From NCBI GenBank assembly GCA_964364715.1, contig CAYING010000004.1, positions 4,376-64,343 of the forward strand: a stretch of DNA of 59,968 nucleotides, in the 5' to 3' direction. This document shows, one piece after another, positions 18,606 to 27,348 of the stretch. Under the pieces are notes generated by a model. That model did not search any database. It was not told the origin of the DNA and worked only from the letters and a program-made list of their open reading frames with translations. This DNA is from an uncultured Planctomycetales bacterium (lineage in GTDB: Bacteria; Omnitrophota; Gorgyraeia; Zapsychrales; GWA2-47-8). The translations under genes were made by a program, and so were the position numbers. Positions within the stretch are counted from its first letter, which is position 1; every line of letters starts with the position of its first letter.

Positions 18606-20720
18606 CCCGCAGAAATTTCTTCCACCGAGCCAAGGTCGGATATTAAAACAGTCGCTCTTGCCGGCAATCCCAATTCAGGGAAAACAACCCTCTTTAACGC
18701 CTTCACGAAGCTCCGCCAAAAGGTCGGTAATTATCCCGGCGTGACCGTCGAGAAAAAAAGCGGTACGCTTGTCCTCGCTCATGACCGCGTGGTCAACGTC
18801 ATCGATCTTCCGGGAACGTATAGCCTGGCTGTCCGTTCTCCGGATGAACAGATTGCCAGGGATGTTTTGCTCGGCCGCGCCGCCGATACCCCTAAAGCGG
18901 ATGTTATCGTTTGTGTCGTCGATGCCGGAAATTTGGAAAGGAATTTATATTTGGTCAGTCAGATCCAGGATCTCGGCATCCCGATGATCATTGCTCTGAA
19001 TATGATGGATGAAGTTAGCCGTCAGGGGCGCGAGATTGATGTCGAAAAATTGTCTCAAAAACTGGGAGTTCCTTTGGTCCCGACCGTGGCGAATCAAAAT
19101 CAAGGGATCGAAGAGTTGAAGAAATTGATCGCGCAGGGTGTTGAGAAGAAATATAAGCGCGTCTGGCGTATGGCGCCGGATATGGAAGAAGAAGTTCAGC
19201 ATTTGGTGCGCCTGCTGATGCAGCACCAAAAAATGGACGCCAATGAAGCTTTTGCCGAGGCGCTGATCCTGATGTCTTTGGGCGCGAAATTGAAGAACGA
19301 TGAAAAATCCAACACGACTAAAAGATTTTATAAAGAAGAACTGATCAGCCATATCCATCTGATCCAGGAACGCCTGCGTCAGAAAGGCCTGCGGGCCCGC
19401 ACTGCCGCGATCGAAGCGCGGTATGACTGGATCAAATCCATCTTGAAAGATTGCGTCCGCGATAAAAATAAAAAAGGGCCGGATCTGACCGAAAAGATCG
19501 ACGCTGTGGTGACGCACAAAATTTTTGGCTGGGCGTTCTTTCTCGGGATCATGACGTTCATGTTTTATATGATCTTTACATTTGCTTCGATCCCGATGGG
19601 TTGGATCGACGCTATGTTTGGAAAGATGGGGAATTGGGTGATGGCTGTCATGCCAGCCGGCGATCTAAGGGATTTGATCGTCAATGGTATCATTGCCGGA
19701 GTGGGCGGTGTTGTGATATTTTTGCCGCAAATCTTGATCTTATTTTTTTTTATAGGGCTCTTACAGGACACCGGATATATGGCGCGCGCGGCTTTTATCA
19801 TGGACCGGGTGATGAATAAAGTAGGTTTGCACGGGAAATCTTTTATCCCGCTTTTGAGTTCCTTCGCCTGCGCGATCCCCGGGATTATGTCGGCGCGGAC
19901 AATCGAAAGTCCGAAAGACCGTTTGGTGACGATCCTGGTGGCGCCTTTAATGAGCTGTTCGGCGCGTTTGCCGGTGTACGCGATTATGATCGCGGTTTTG
20001 ATGCCGGGAGCCTCAGGCCTGCAAAAGGCCGGAATATTGCTGATCATGTATCTGATCGGCATCATCGGGGCTTGTCTGATGGCATGGTTTTTTAAATCAA
20101 CTCTGCTGCGTTCACAGAAACCGGTATTTATCATGGAACTGCCGCCGTACCGTTTGCCGTCGTGGAATGCGGTCGTGATCCAGATGTGGGAACGCAGCCG
20201 GCTTTTTTTAAAACGCGCCGGGACGATCATTCTGGCGATTTCGATCATCCTGTGGGCGCTGATGACATTTCCGAAGTCCTCGGGTTCAGAACCCGCAGAA
20301 GCGTTGAAGAAAAGTTTTGCCGGGCAGGCGGGAGCAATTTTGGAGCCGATCATCAAACCATTGGGCTACGACTGGCGGATCGGGATCGGTTTGATCGGGT
20401 CGTTCGCCGCGCGGGAAGTTTTTGTTTCAACGATGAGCATTGTTTTTAATCTCGGGGATGAAGCAAAAGAAGATTCTCTGCGGGAAGCATTTTCCAAAGC
20501 GCAATGGCCGGATGGAAGGCCTTTGTTTACGCCGCTCGTGTGTTTAAGTTTAATGATTTTTTATGTTTTTGCTTTGCAATGCGTCAGTACGATCGCGATC
20601 GTCACCCGCGAGACCAATTCCTGGCAGTGGCCGCTTTTTCAATTCGTTTATATGGCCATCCTTGCGTATGCGGCGGCTTTTGCGGTGTATCAGGGTGGAA
20701 GGTTAATGGGTTTTTCTTAA
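18603..20720 (+). CDS. feoB: Ferrous iron transport protein B
   Basis: GNPNSGKT, VGNYPGVTVEKK, DLPGTYSL, NMMD, GYMARAAF, MSCSARLPVY and AAREVFVST. Confidence 0.96.
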   Translation: MPAEISSTEPRSDIKTVALAGNPNSGKTTLFNAFTKLRQKVGNYPGVTVEKKSGTLVLAHDRVVNVIDLPGTYSLAVRSPDEQIARDVLLGRAADTPKADVIVCVVDAGNLERNLYLVSQIQDLGIPMIIALNMMDEVSRQGREIDVEKLSQKLGVPLVPTVANQNQGIEELKKLIAQGVEKKYKRVWRMAPDMEEEVQHLVRLLMQHQKMDANEAFAEALILMSLGAKLKNDEKSNTTKRFYKEELISHIHLIQERLRQKGLRARTAAIEARYDWIKSILKDCVRDKNKKGPDLTEKIDAVVTHKIFGWAFFLGIMTFMFYMIFTFASIPMGWIDAMFGKMGNWVMAVMPAGDLRDLIVNGIIAGVGGVVIFLPQILILFFFIGLLQDTGYMARAAFIMDRVMNKVGLHGKSFIPLLSSFACAIPGIMSARTIESPKDRLVTILVAPLMSCSARLPVYAIMIAVLMPGASGLQKAGILLIMYLIGIIGACLMAWFFKSTLLRSQKPVFIMELPPYRLPSWNAVVIQMWERSRLFLKRAGTIILAISIILWALMTFPKSSGSEPAEALKKSFAGQAGAILEPIIKPLGYDWRIGIGLIGSFAAREVFVSTMSIVFNLGDEAKEDSLREAFSKAQWPDGRPLFTPLVCLSLMIFYVFALQCVSTIAIVTRETNSWQWPLFQFVYMAILAYAAAFAVYQGGRLMGFS

Positions 20721-20721
20721 A

Positions 20722-21372
20722 TTATTTCCCGATTTTTCCGGCGCGTTTGTGGTTGTATATTTCGATCGCTGCCGGGAGGATCGAGATGACGATGATCAGG
20801 TAAATGACCGCCGTGAAATTTTTTTCAACGATGGGAATATTGCCGAAGAAATATCCAGCCAAGGTCAGCGAAACCACCCATAAAGCAGCTCCAGCCACGT
20901 TGTAGATAATGAACGTCAGGTATTTCATACTGCCCACGCCGGCCAGGAACGGCGCAAAGGTGCGGACGATCGGCACGAACCGGGCGATGATGATGGTTTT
21001 GCCGCCGTATTTTTCATAAAACTGTTTGGTGCGTTCCAGGTATTCGCGCTTAATAAACGGGATTTTTTCATTGTTAAAGACTTTCGGCGCCAAGCGGTGG
21101 CCGATGTAATAATTCACCGAGTCGCCTAAAATAGCGGCGATCAAAAGCACACTCAAAAGAACCCAGATATTGAGCGGGCCGTTGGAAGCAAATGTCCCCA
21201 GAACGAACAGCAGCGAATCGCCGGGCAAAAATGGGGTAACGACCAAGCCTGTTTCGCAGAAGATAATTAAAAAGACGATCAGGTAGACCCATGCCCCATA
21301 GTGATCGATGAGGGTGTTGATATGATGGTCAAGGTGGATAAAGAAATCAAGAATACCGAGCAGCCATTCCAT
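20722..21372 (-). CDS. dedA: DedA family membrane protein
   Basis: FCETGLVVTPFLPGDSLLF, GDSVNY and YGGKTIIIARFVPIVRTFAPFLAG. Confidence 0.95.
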   Translation of the reverse strand: MEWLLGILDFFIHLDHHINTLIDHYGAWVYLIVFLIIFCETGLVVTPFLPGDSLLFVLGTFASNGPLNIWVLLSVLLIAAILGDSVNYYIGHRLAPKVFNNEKIPFIKREYLERTKQFYEKYGGKTIIIARFVPIVRTFAPFLAGVGSMKYLTFIIYNVAGAALWVVSLTLAGYFFGNIPIVEKNFTAVIYLIIVISILPAAIEIYNHKRAGKIGK

Positions 21373-21462
21373 ACATTTTCTCCCGAGGGTTGTAAATTAC
21401 AAATATCTTAACATTATCGTTTGAGAAATCTATAAGAAAAGGGGATTTTTGGTTAAAATGTT

Positions 21463-21490
21463 TTGCAGTCAATACCGTCTGTGATATAAT
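21463..21490 (+). promoter_or_regulatory. Putative sigma70 promoter of galT-galT
   Basis: TTGCAG-N16-TATAAT with an extended -10 TG (TGATATAAT), 30 nt upstream of the ATG. Confidence 0.55.
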
Positions 21491-21520
21491 CGAACGTTCA
21501 TTAACTTAGAAAGTTTAATT

Positions 21521-22537
21521 ATGCCAGAACTCCGCAAAGACCCGGTCGTAGGGCGATGGGTGATCATCGCCACCGAGCGCGCCCGCCGGCCAGGCAATTT
21601 CGTCGATTCCAGCGAAAATATTTTCAACGGGAAACAGGACTGCCCTTTTTGCCACAATAAAGAGCAGGTCATCTATTCTTTTAAAAATTCTGCAGCCAAT
21701 CATCGCGATTGGAGTGTCTTGGTCGTCCCGAGCGGCGCCCCGACGTTAAAGCCTTACGGACAGTGTAACCGTACCGGACAAGGGCTTTATGATATCATCA
21801 ACGGCTACGGCGCCCACGAAGTCGTGATTGAAACCCCGGACCATACGGCCAATATGGCGGATCTGGATGTTGAGCAGATCAAGCTTGTTCTCAATACCTA
21901 TGTTATCCGGATGAATGATCTTGAGAAGGACATTAAATTCAAACATGTTTTTCCCTATAAAAATTACGGCGTGGTCGCCGGCGGAAGGGCGATCGGGCAT
22001 TCGCGTTCGCAGATAATTGCGGCTCCGGTTAATCCGATGCGGGTCAAAGAAAAAATGACCGGCGCTAAGAAATATTATGATTTTCATGAACGCTGCATCT
22101 ATTGCGATTTGATCCGTCAGGAACAGCAATTCAAAGACCGGGTCATTGTTGAGAACGACCATTTTATAGCCGTCACTCCTTTTGCGGCGCGATTTCTTTT
22201 TGAGGTCTGGATCATCCCGAAAAGGCATTCCTGCGATTTTGCCAAGGGGGTCATGGGCGTTGAAAAAGAGCTGGCCTCGATCCTGAAAGACATGCTGACC
22301 CGCATCAAGATCGGGTTGAACGATCCGGCTTATAATTATGTCATTCACACGGCGCCTTTCCGCCGGGAAGAAGATCTGAAAAAACAGTATAAAACGATCG
22401 AGGAAGATTATCACTGGCACATCGAACTGATGCCGCGTTTGACGCGGGTCGCCGGATTTGAAAAAGGGACCGGGTTCTACATTTGCGCGGTTCCGCCTGA
22501 AAAGATGGCAGAATTTTTAAGAGAGGTTGAAATTTAA
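21521..22537 (+). CDS. galT: Galactose-1-phosphate uridylyltransferase-like paralog lacking the nucleophilic His
   Basis: MPELRKDP, ERARRP, CPFC, GAHEVVIETP, YHWHIE and AGFEKGTG. The HxHxQ motif reads HSRSQ. Confidence 0.85.
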   Translation: MPELRKDPVVGRWVIIATERARRPGNFVDSSENIFNGKQDCPFCHNKEQVIYSFKNSAANHRDWSVLVVPSGAPTLKPYGQCNRTGQGLYDIINGYGAHEVVIETPDHTANMADLDVEQIKLVLNTYVIRMNDLEKDIKFKHVFPYKNYGVVAGGRAIGHSRSQIIAAPVNPMRVKEKMTGAKKYYDFHERCIYCDLIRQEQQFKDRVIVENDHFIAVTPFAARFLFEVWIIPKRHSCDFAKGVMGVEKELASILKDMLTRIKIGLNDPAYNYVIHTAPFRREEDLKKQYKTIEEDYHWHIELMPRLTRVAGFEKGTGFYICAVPPEKMAEFLREVEI

Positions 22538-23538
22538 TGGCTGAATTGCGAAGAGATCCGATCGTCGGCCAATGGGTCATTGTGAATACCAATGATTCCA
22601 TGCATCCGAAGGAGTTTACCAGGGAAGAGCATGTTTACCTGCAGGGTGATGTTTGCCAATTCTGTCCCGGACGGGAAAAGAATACCCCTCTGGAAGTTGA
22701 CGTGGTCCGTCACGGGAATAGCTCTCCGAATTCTCCGGGCTGGTCGGTGCGGGTCGTTCCCAATAAATTCCCTGCCCTGCGTATCGAAGGCAATCTGGAT
22801 AAAAGAGGCATGGGGATCTTTGATTTGGCCAACGGTGTCGGCGCCCATGAGATCGTTATCGAGACGCCGGACCATTGCCGGCAGTTTGCCGATTTTTCGG
22901 AAAACGAGATCTTGGATGTTCTGCGTAAATATCAATCCAGATTTTTATCTCTTGCCAGGGACAAACGTTTTAAGTATATTATGATATTCAAAAATTTCGG
23001 GGAATCGGCCGGGGCTTCGATGGAACATGAGCACAGCCAGATCATCGCTTTACCGATGATCCCGAAATATGTTTTGGAAGAGCTGGAAGGCGCCAAAAGT
23101 TATTATGATTTCCGCGGGCGATGTATCTTCTGCGACATCATCCACCAGGAATATCAGGATAAAGAGCGGATCATTACGGAAAATGTGGATTTTTTGACGT
23201 TTTGCCCGTTCGTGCCGCGGTTCCCGTTCGAAAGCTGGATCCTTCCGAAAAAGCACAGCCTGGATTTTGGTTCTTTGACCGAAGAGGAGATGCGGAATTT
23301 AGCCCGTATCTTAAAGGAAATTCTGACGCGCATCAAAAATTGCTTGTCGAACCCGTCGTATAATTTTTACCTGCACTTGGCGCCGATCAACACGGACCAG
23401 GGGCAGCAGTATCATTGGCATATTGAGATCGTTCCGAACCTCACGCGTGCGGCCGGATTTGAGTGGGGGACGGGATTTTATATTGTCCGTACGTCGCCGT
23501 CGGTAGCGGCCGGGCATCTTAGAGAAGTTAAAATTTAA
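22537..23538 (+). CDS. galT: Galactose-1-phosphate uridylyltransferase
   Basis: CQFCPG, VVPNKFPAL, GAHEIVIETP, FKNFGESAGASMEHEHSQ (HxHxQ intact), YHWHIE and AGFEWGTG. Confidence 0.9.
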   Translation: MAELRRDPIVGQWVIVNTNDSMHPKEFTREEHVYLQGDVCQFCPGREKNTPLEVDVVRHGNSSPNSPGWSVRVVPNKFPALRIEGNLDKRGMGIFDLANGVGAHEIVIETPDHCRQFADFSENEILDVLRKYQSRFLSLARDKRFKYIMIFKNFGESAGASMEHEHSQIIALPMIPKYVLEELEGAKSYYDFRGRCIFCDIIHQEYQDKERIITENVDFLTFCPFVPRFPFESWILPKKHSLDFGSLTEEEMRNLARILKEILTRIKNCLSNPSYNFYLHLAPINTDQGQQYHWHIEIVPNLTRAAGFEWGTGFYIVRTSPSVAAGHLREVKI

Positions 23539-23650
23539 AGTCAAAAGTCAAAAGTTAAAAGTGAAAAGTCAAAAGTACAACGCAAAAATCAAAAGTTTAG
23601 AGTCGCGCCAGCGACACCACACTTTTGACCTTTGATTTTTAACTTTTGAG
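23537..23650. repeat. Mirrored 7-mer repeat (TCAAAAG x5-6, then CTTTTGA x4)
   Basis: TCAAAAG TCAAAAG TTAAAAG TGAAAAG TCAAAAG ... GTCGC-GCCA-GCGAC mini-hairpin ... CTTTTGA CCTTTGA TTTTTAA CTTTTGA. Confidence 0.9.
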
Positions 23651-23657
23651 TTATTAA

Positions 23658-24680
<1,023 letters not shown>

Positions 24681-24705
24681 AGTTTTTTGACTGACCCGAA
24701 GTTTC

Positions 24706-24745
24706 CCCGCCCCGGGAGTGGATCCACCCCCGGGGTGGGTTTTTT
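24706..24745 (+). terminator. Intrinsic terminator between convergent gap and metF
   Basis: CCCGCCCCGGGAGTG-GATC-CACCCCCGGGGTGGG stem followed by TTTTTT. Confidence 0.8.
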
Positions 24746-25616
24746 ATTGTCTTATTTTCGAGAGGATCGTATCGACCGGGCTTAATTTGTTGAGGGTGTA
24801 GAAATGGATGCCGGGGGCTCCGCTCTTTAAAAGTTCGCGGCACTGGCGCACGGCAAAGTCGATGCCGGCTTTTAGTGTCGCTTCCTTATCATTTTGAATC
24901 GGCTCAAATATTTGCTGCAGTTCATCCGTAACCGTTGCTCCGCACAACGCGCCGAAACGCAGTAACCCCGGATAATCCGTGACCGGAATGATCCCCGGGA
25001 TCACGCGTGCGTTGATCCCAAGTTTGCGCAGCCGCCCGACGTAATCAATATAATCTTGATTATTGAAGAATAGCTGGGTGATGACAAAATCCGCGCCGTT
25101 ATCGATTTTTATTTTTAAAAATTGCGCGTCGCGGTCGCGGTCCCGGCACAAGAGGTGCCCTTCCGGAAAACCGGCCACCCCGATCCCGAAATAATCGCCG
25201 AAATTCTTACGGATAAAAGCGCATAATTCACTGCTGTATTTGAAATTCTCCGGCCCCGGCTGCCGGTCGGGATTTTCCTTCGGCGGATCCCCGCGCAAAG
25301 CCAGGACATTTTGAATGCCGCGTTTTTTAACGTCGGTGAGAATATGCTTAATTTCTTTTTTTGTGTGTAAGACACAGGTCAAATGCGCGACACCGGTGAT
25401 GTGATGTTTCTCCTCGATATGCTGAACGATGTCAAACGTTTTATCCCGGCCGCCGCCGCCCGCGCCGTAGGTGACCGATATGAAATCCGGCTTCAGGGCC
25501 GCCAGTCCTTCAATAGTGTTTAAAAGTTTTTGGTAACCTTCATCGGTCTTGGGCGGGAAAAGTTCGAAGGAGAACGTCGGTTTTCCGGTTTTAAATAGTT
25601 CGGTGAGTTTTTTCAT
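24744..25616 (-). CDS. metF: 5,10-methylenetetrahydrofolate reductase
   Basis: SFELFPPK, FISVTYGAGG, AHLTC, LALRGDPP, VAGFPEGH, ITQLFF and HFYTLN. Confidence 0.95.
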   Translation of the reverse strand: MKKLTELFKTGKPTFSFELFPPKTDEGYQKLLNTIEGLAALKPDFISVTYGAGGGGRDKTFDIVQHIEEKHHITGVAHLTCVLHTKKEIKHILTDVKKRGIQNVLALRGDPPKENPDRQPGPENFKYSSELCAFIRKNFGDYFGIGVAGFPEGHLLCRDRDRDAQFLKIKIDNGADFVITQLFFNNQDYIDYVGRLRKLGINARVIPGIIPVTDYPGLLRFGALCGATVTDELQQIFEPIQNDKEATLKAGIDFAVRQCRELLKSGAPGIHFYTLNKLSPVDTILSKIRQ

Positions 25617-25695
25617 AAACAGTTATTGTCCCGTGTTATAATGTCTTCGCCATTTTACGGTAAAATCATTGAAAATTGAAGTTAATATTTTTAAA

Positions 25696-26754
25696 ATGAA
25701 TATCGCGCTTATAACCGGTTCCGGCGGGCTTGTGGGTTCAGAATCAGCCCGGTTCTTTGCCGGGAAAAAATTTAAAGTCGTCGGGATCGACAATGACCTC
25801 CGGAAATATTTTTTCGGCAGGGAAGCTTCTACCCGTTGGAACGTTGACCGCCTCAAGAAAGAACTCCCTCATTATATCCATAAATCGATCGATATCCGCG
25901 GCCAGAAGAAACTTGAGAAGATCTTTAAGGAATACGGCAAATCTATCAAGTTAATCATCCATGCCGCGGCCCAGCCTTCCCATGATTGGGCCGCCAAGGA
26001 GCCGTTTACGGATTTTTCCGTCAACGCCAACGGCACTCTGAATCTTCTGGAAATGTCCCGCCGTCATTGTCCCAAAGCGGTGTTCATTTTTTTAAGTACC
26101 AACAAGGTTTATGGCGACCTTCCGAATTTTTTACCGTTGGTTGAGCTCGATAAACGCTGGGAATTGCCGGAAGCGCATCACTTTTATCCTGGCATCAATG
26201 AAACGATGAGCATTGATGCGTCCAAACATTCTCTATTTGGGGCATCGAAGGTGGCGGCGGATATTTTGGTACAGGAATATGGACGGTATTTTGGGATGAA
26301 AACTGTTTGTTTTCGCGGCGGATGCTTGACCGGTCCTAACCATTCGGGCGCGCAGCTGCACGGGTTTTTGGCTTATCTGATGAAATGCTGCATCACCGGG
26401 AAAGAATACACAATTTTCGGCTACAAGGGTAAACAGGTGCGGGACAACATCCATAGCTTTGATCTGGTGAATGCTTTTGAACAATTTTACCGCAACCCGA
26501 GAAGCGGAGAAGTTTATAATATGGGCGGCGCCCGGCAGAACAATTGTTCGATCCTTGAGGCGGTCGAGATCTGCGAAGAGATCACCGGCAAAAAAATGAA
26601 CTACAAATACAGCGGCCAGAACCGAAGCGGCGATCATATCTGGTACGTCAGTTCCGTCAAGAAATTCCAATCCCATTATCCGCAGTGGACGCAGAAATAT
26701 ACCTTGAAAGAAACATTGCTCGAGATGTATGAAGGGCTAAAAGGCCGCAAATAG
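25696..26754 (+). CDS. NAD-dependent epimerase (CDP-paratose 2-epimerase/RfbE-like)
   Basis: [37 protein letters not shown] and R.GDH. Extended -10 TGTTATAAT at ~25634. Confidence 0.85.
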   Translation: MNIALITGSGGLVGSESARFFAGKKFKVVGIDNDLRKYFFGREASTRWNVDRLKKELPHYIHKSIDIRGQKKLEKIFKEYGKSIKLIIHAAAQPSHDWAAKEPFTDFSVNANGTLNLLEMSRRHCPKAVFIFLSTNKVYGDLPNFLPLVELDKRWELPEAHHFYPGINETMSIDASKHSLFGASKVAADILVQEYGRYFGMKTVCFRGGCLTGPNHSGAQLHGFLAYLMKCCITGKEYTIFGYKGKQVRDNIHSFDLVNAFEQFYRNPRSGEVYNMGGARQNNCSILEAVEICEEITGKKMNYKYSGQNRSGDHIWYVSSVKKFQSHYPQWTQKYTLKETLLEMYEGLKGRK

Positions 26755-26766
26755 AAGAAATCACTT

Positions 26767-26817
26767 GTCCCAATTTTCCCTTAATATTCAGTCTGAATGT
26801 CAGAGGAAATTGGGGAC
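26767..26817. repeat. Hairpin related to the 10214/18510 element (possible terminator)
   Basis: GTCCCAATTTTCCCTTAATATT..GAGGAAATTGGGGAC. The left arm approximates the reverse complement of AATATTGAGGAAAATCGGGA. Confidence 0.55.
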
Positions 26818-26870
26818 TAATCCCTTTTTCTTCTGGATGATGAAGTTTTTTATGTTAAGGAAAAAAGGGA

Positions 26871-26898
26871 TTGACTTTAAGCTTTAAATCAACATAAT
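26871..26898 (+). promoter_or_regulatory. Putative sigma70 promoter of the B12 riboswitch leader
   Basis: TTGACT-N16-CATAAT, about 40 nt upstream of the aptamer. Confidence 0.55.
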
Positions 26899-26934
26899 AA
26901 GTCCAGATTTACTGAAGTTCCGTTCTTTACAATT

Positions 26935-27105
26935 CATATTGGTTCTCTGTCTTTCCGTTATAATAGGGAAGACGGCAGATCATCAAAGCTGCCGAGGAAA
27001 CTCAGAGATGAAATGGGAAAGGCCTGCGAAAATCAGGCGCGGTCCCGCCGCTGTAATCCAGACGCTTCGTAAACGCCTGGGGAGCCAGAACACCTGCCAA
27101 TATTA
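26935..27105 (+). ncRNA. Cobalamin (B12) riboswitch aptamer
   Basis: P1 ATATTGG/CCAATAT, GGTTC, TGAAATGGGAA, P4 CCTG-CGAAAAT-CAGG, GCGG-TCCCG-CCGC-TGTAA and B12 box GAGCCAGAACACCTGCC. Lies upstream of an ECF/DUF4430 operon. Confidence 0.92.
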
Positions 27106-27168
27106 AAATCATTGATTACTGCGCAAGACAGTGAGCGATGGATATTTTGGGACTAAGAAACAGGGTGC

Positions 27169-27210
27169 ACTCCCAATCGTCCGCCTCAGGCGGAGGTTGG
27201 GAGTTTTTTT
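27169..27210 (+). terminator. Riboswitch expression-platform terminator (attenuator)
   Basis: ACTCCCAA-TC-GTCCGCC-TCA-GGCGGA-GG-TTGGGAGT followed by a T-run, between the aptamer and the first gene. Confidence 0.88.
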
Positions 27211-27246
27211 ATTTGCCTACCATAATTTCAGAGAAGGCAAATAGAT

Positions 27247-27340
27247 ACCCCGCAAAGCGGGGTTTATTTTAGAAGGCCTAAATTTATGGAGCGAAGCGAA
27301 CATAAATCATAGGCACGAAATAATCCCGCGCAGCGGGATT
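27247..27340. repeat. Cluster of GC-rich triloop palindromes (REP-like)
   Basis: ACCCCGC-AAA-GCGGGGT, CCTAAATTTATG..CATAAATCATAGG and AATCCCGC-GCA-GCGGGATT. Confidence 0.6.
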
Positions 27341-27348
27341 GGCGAAAT

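Noticed and set aside
19565-20356. 263-aa minus-strand ORF, and the many other short overlapping ORFs in the track
   Set aside because: They lie antisense or out of frame within well-supported genes such as feoB and have no motifs or RBS support.
20727-20739. TCCCGATTTTTCC at the end of dedA, resembling an arm of the 95-nt element
   Set aside because: It is only about 13 nt, lies within coding sequence (GKIGK) and has no partner arm, so it may be chance.
23537-23650. Short-repeat arrays (also 580-644 and 14899-15027) as CRISPR arrays
   Set aside because: The units are 7-8 bp, contiguous and mirrored, with no unique spacers and no cas genes nearby.
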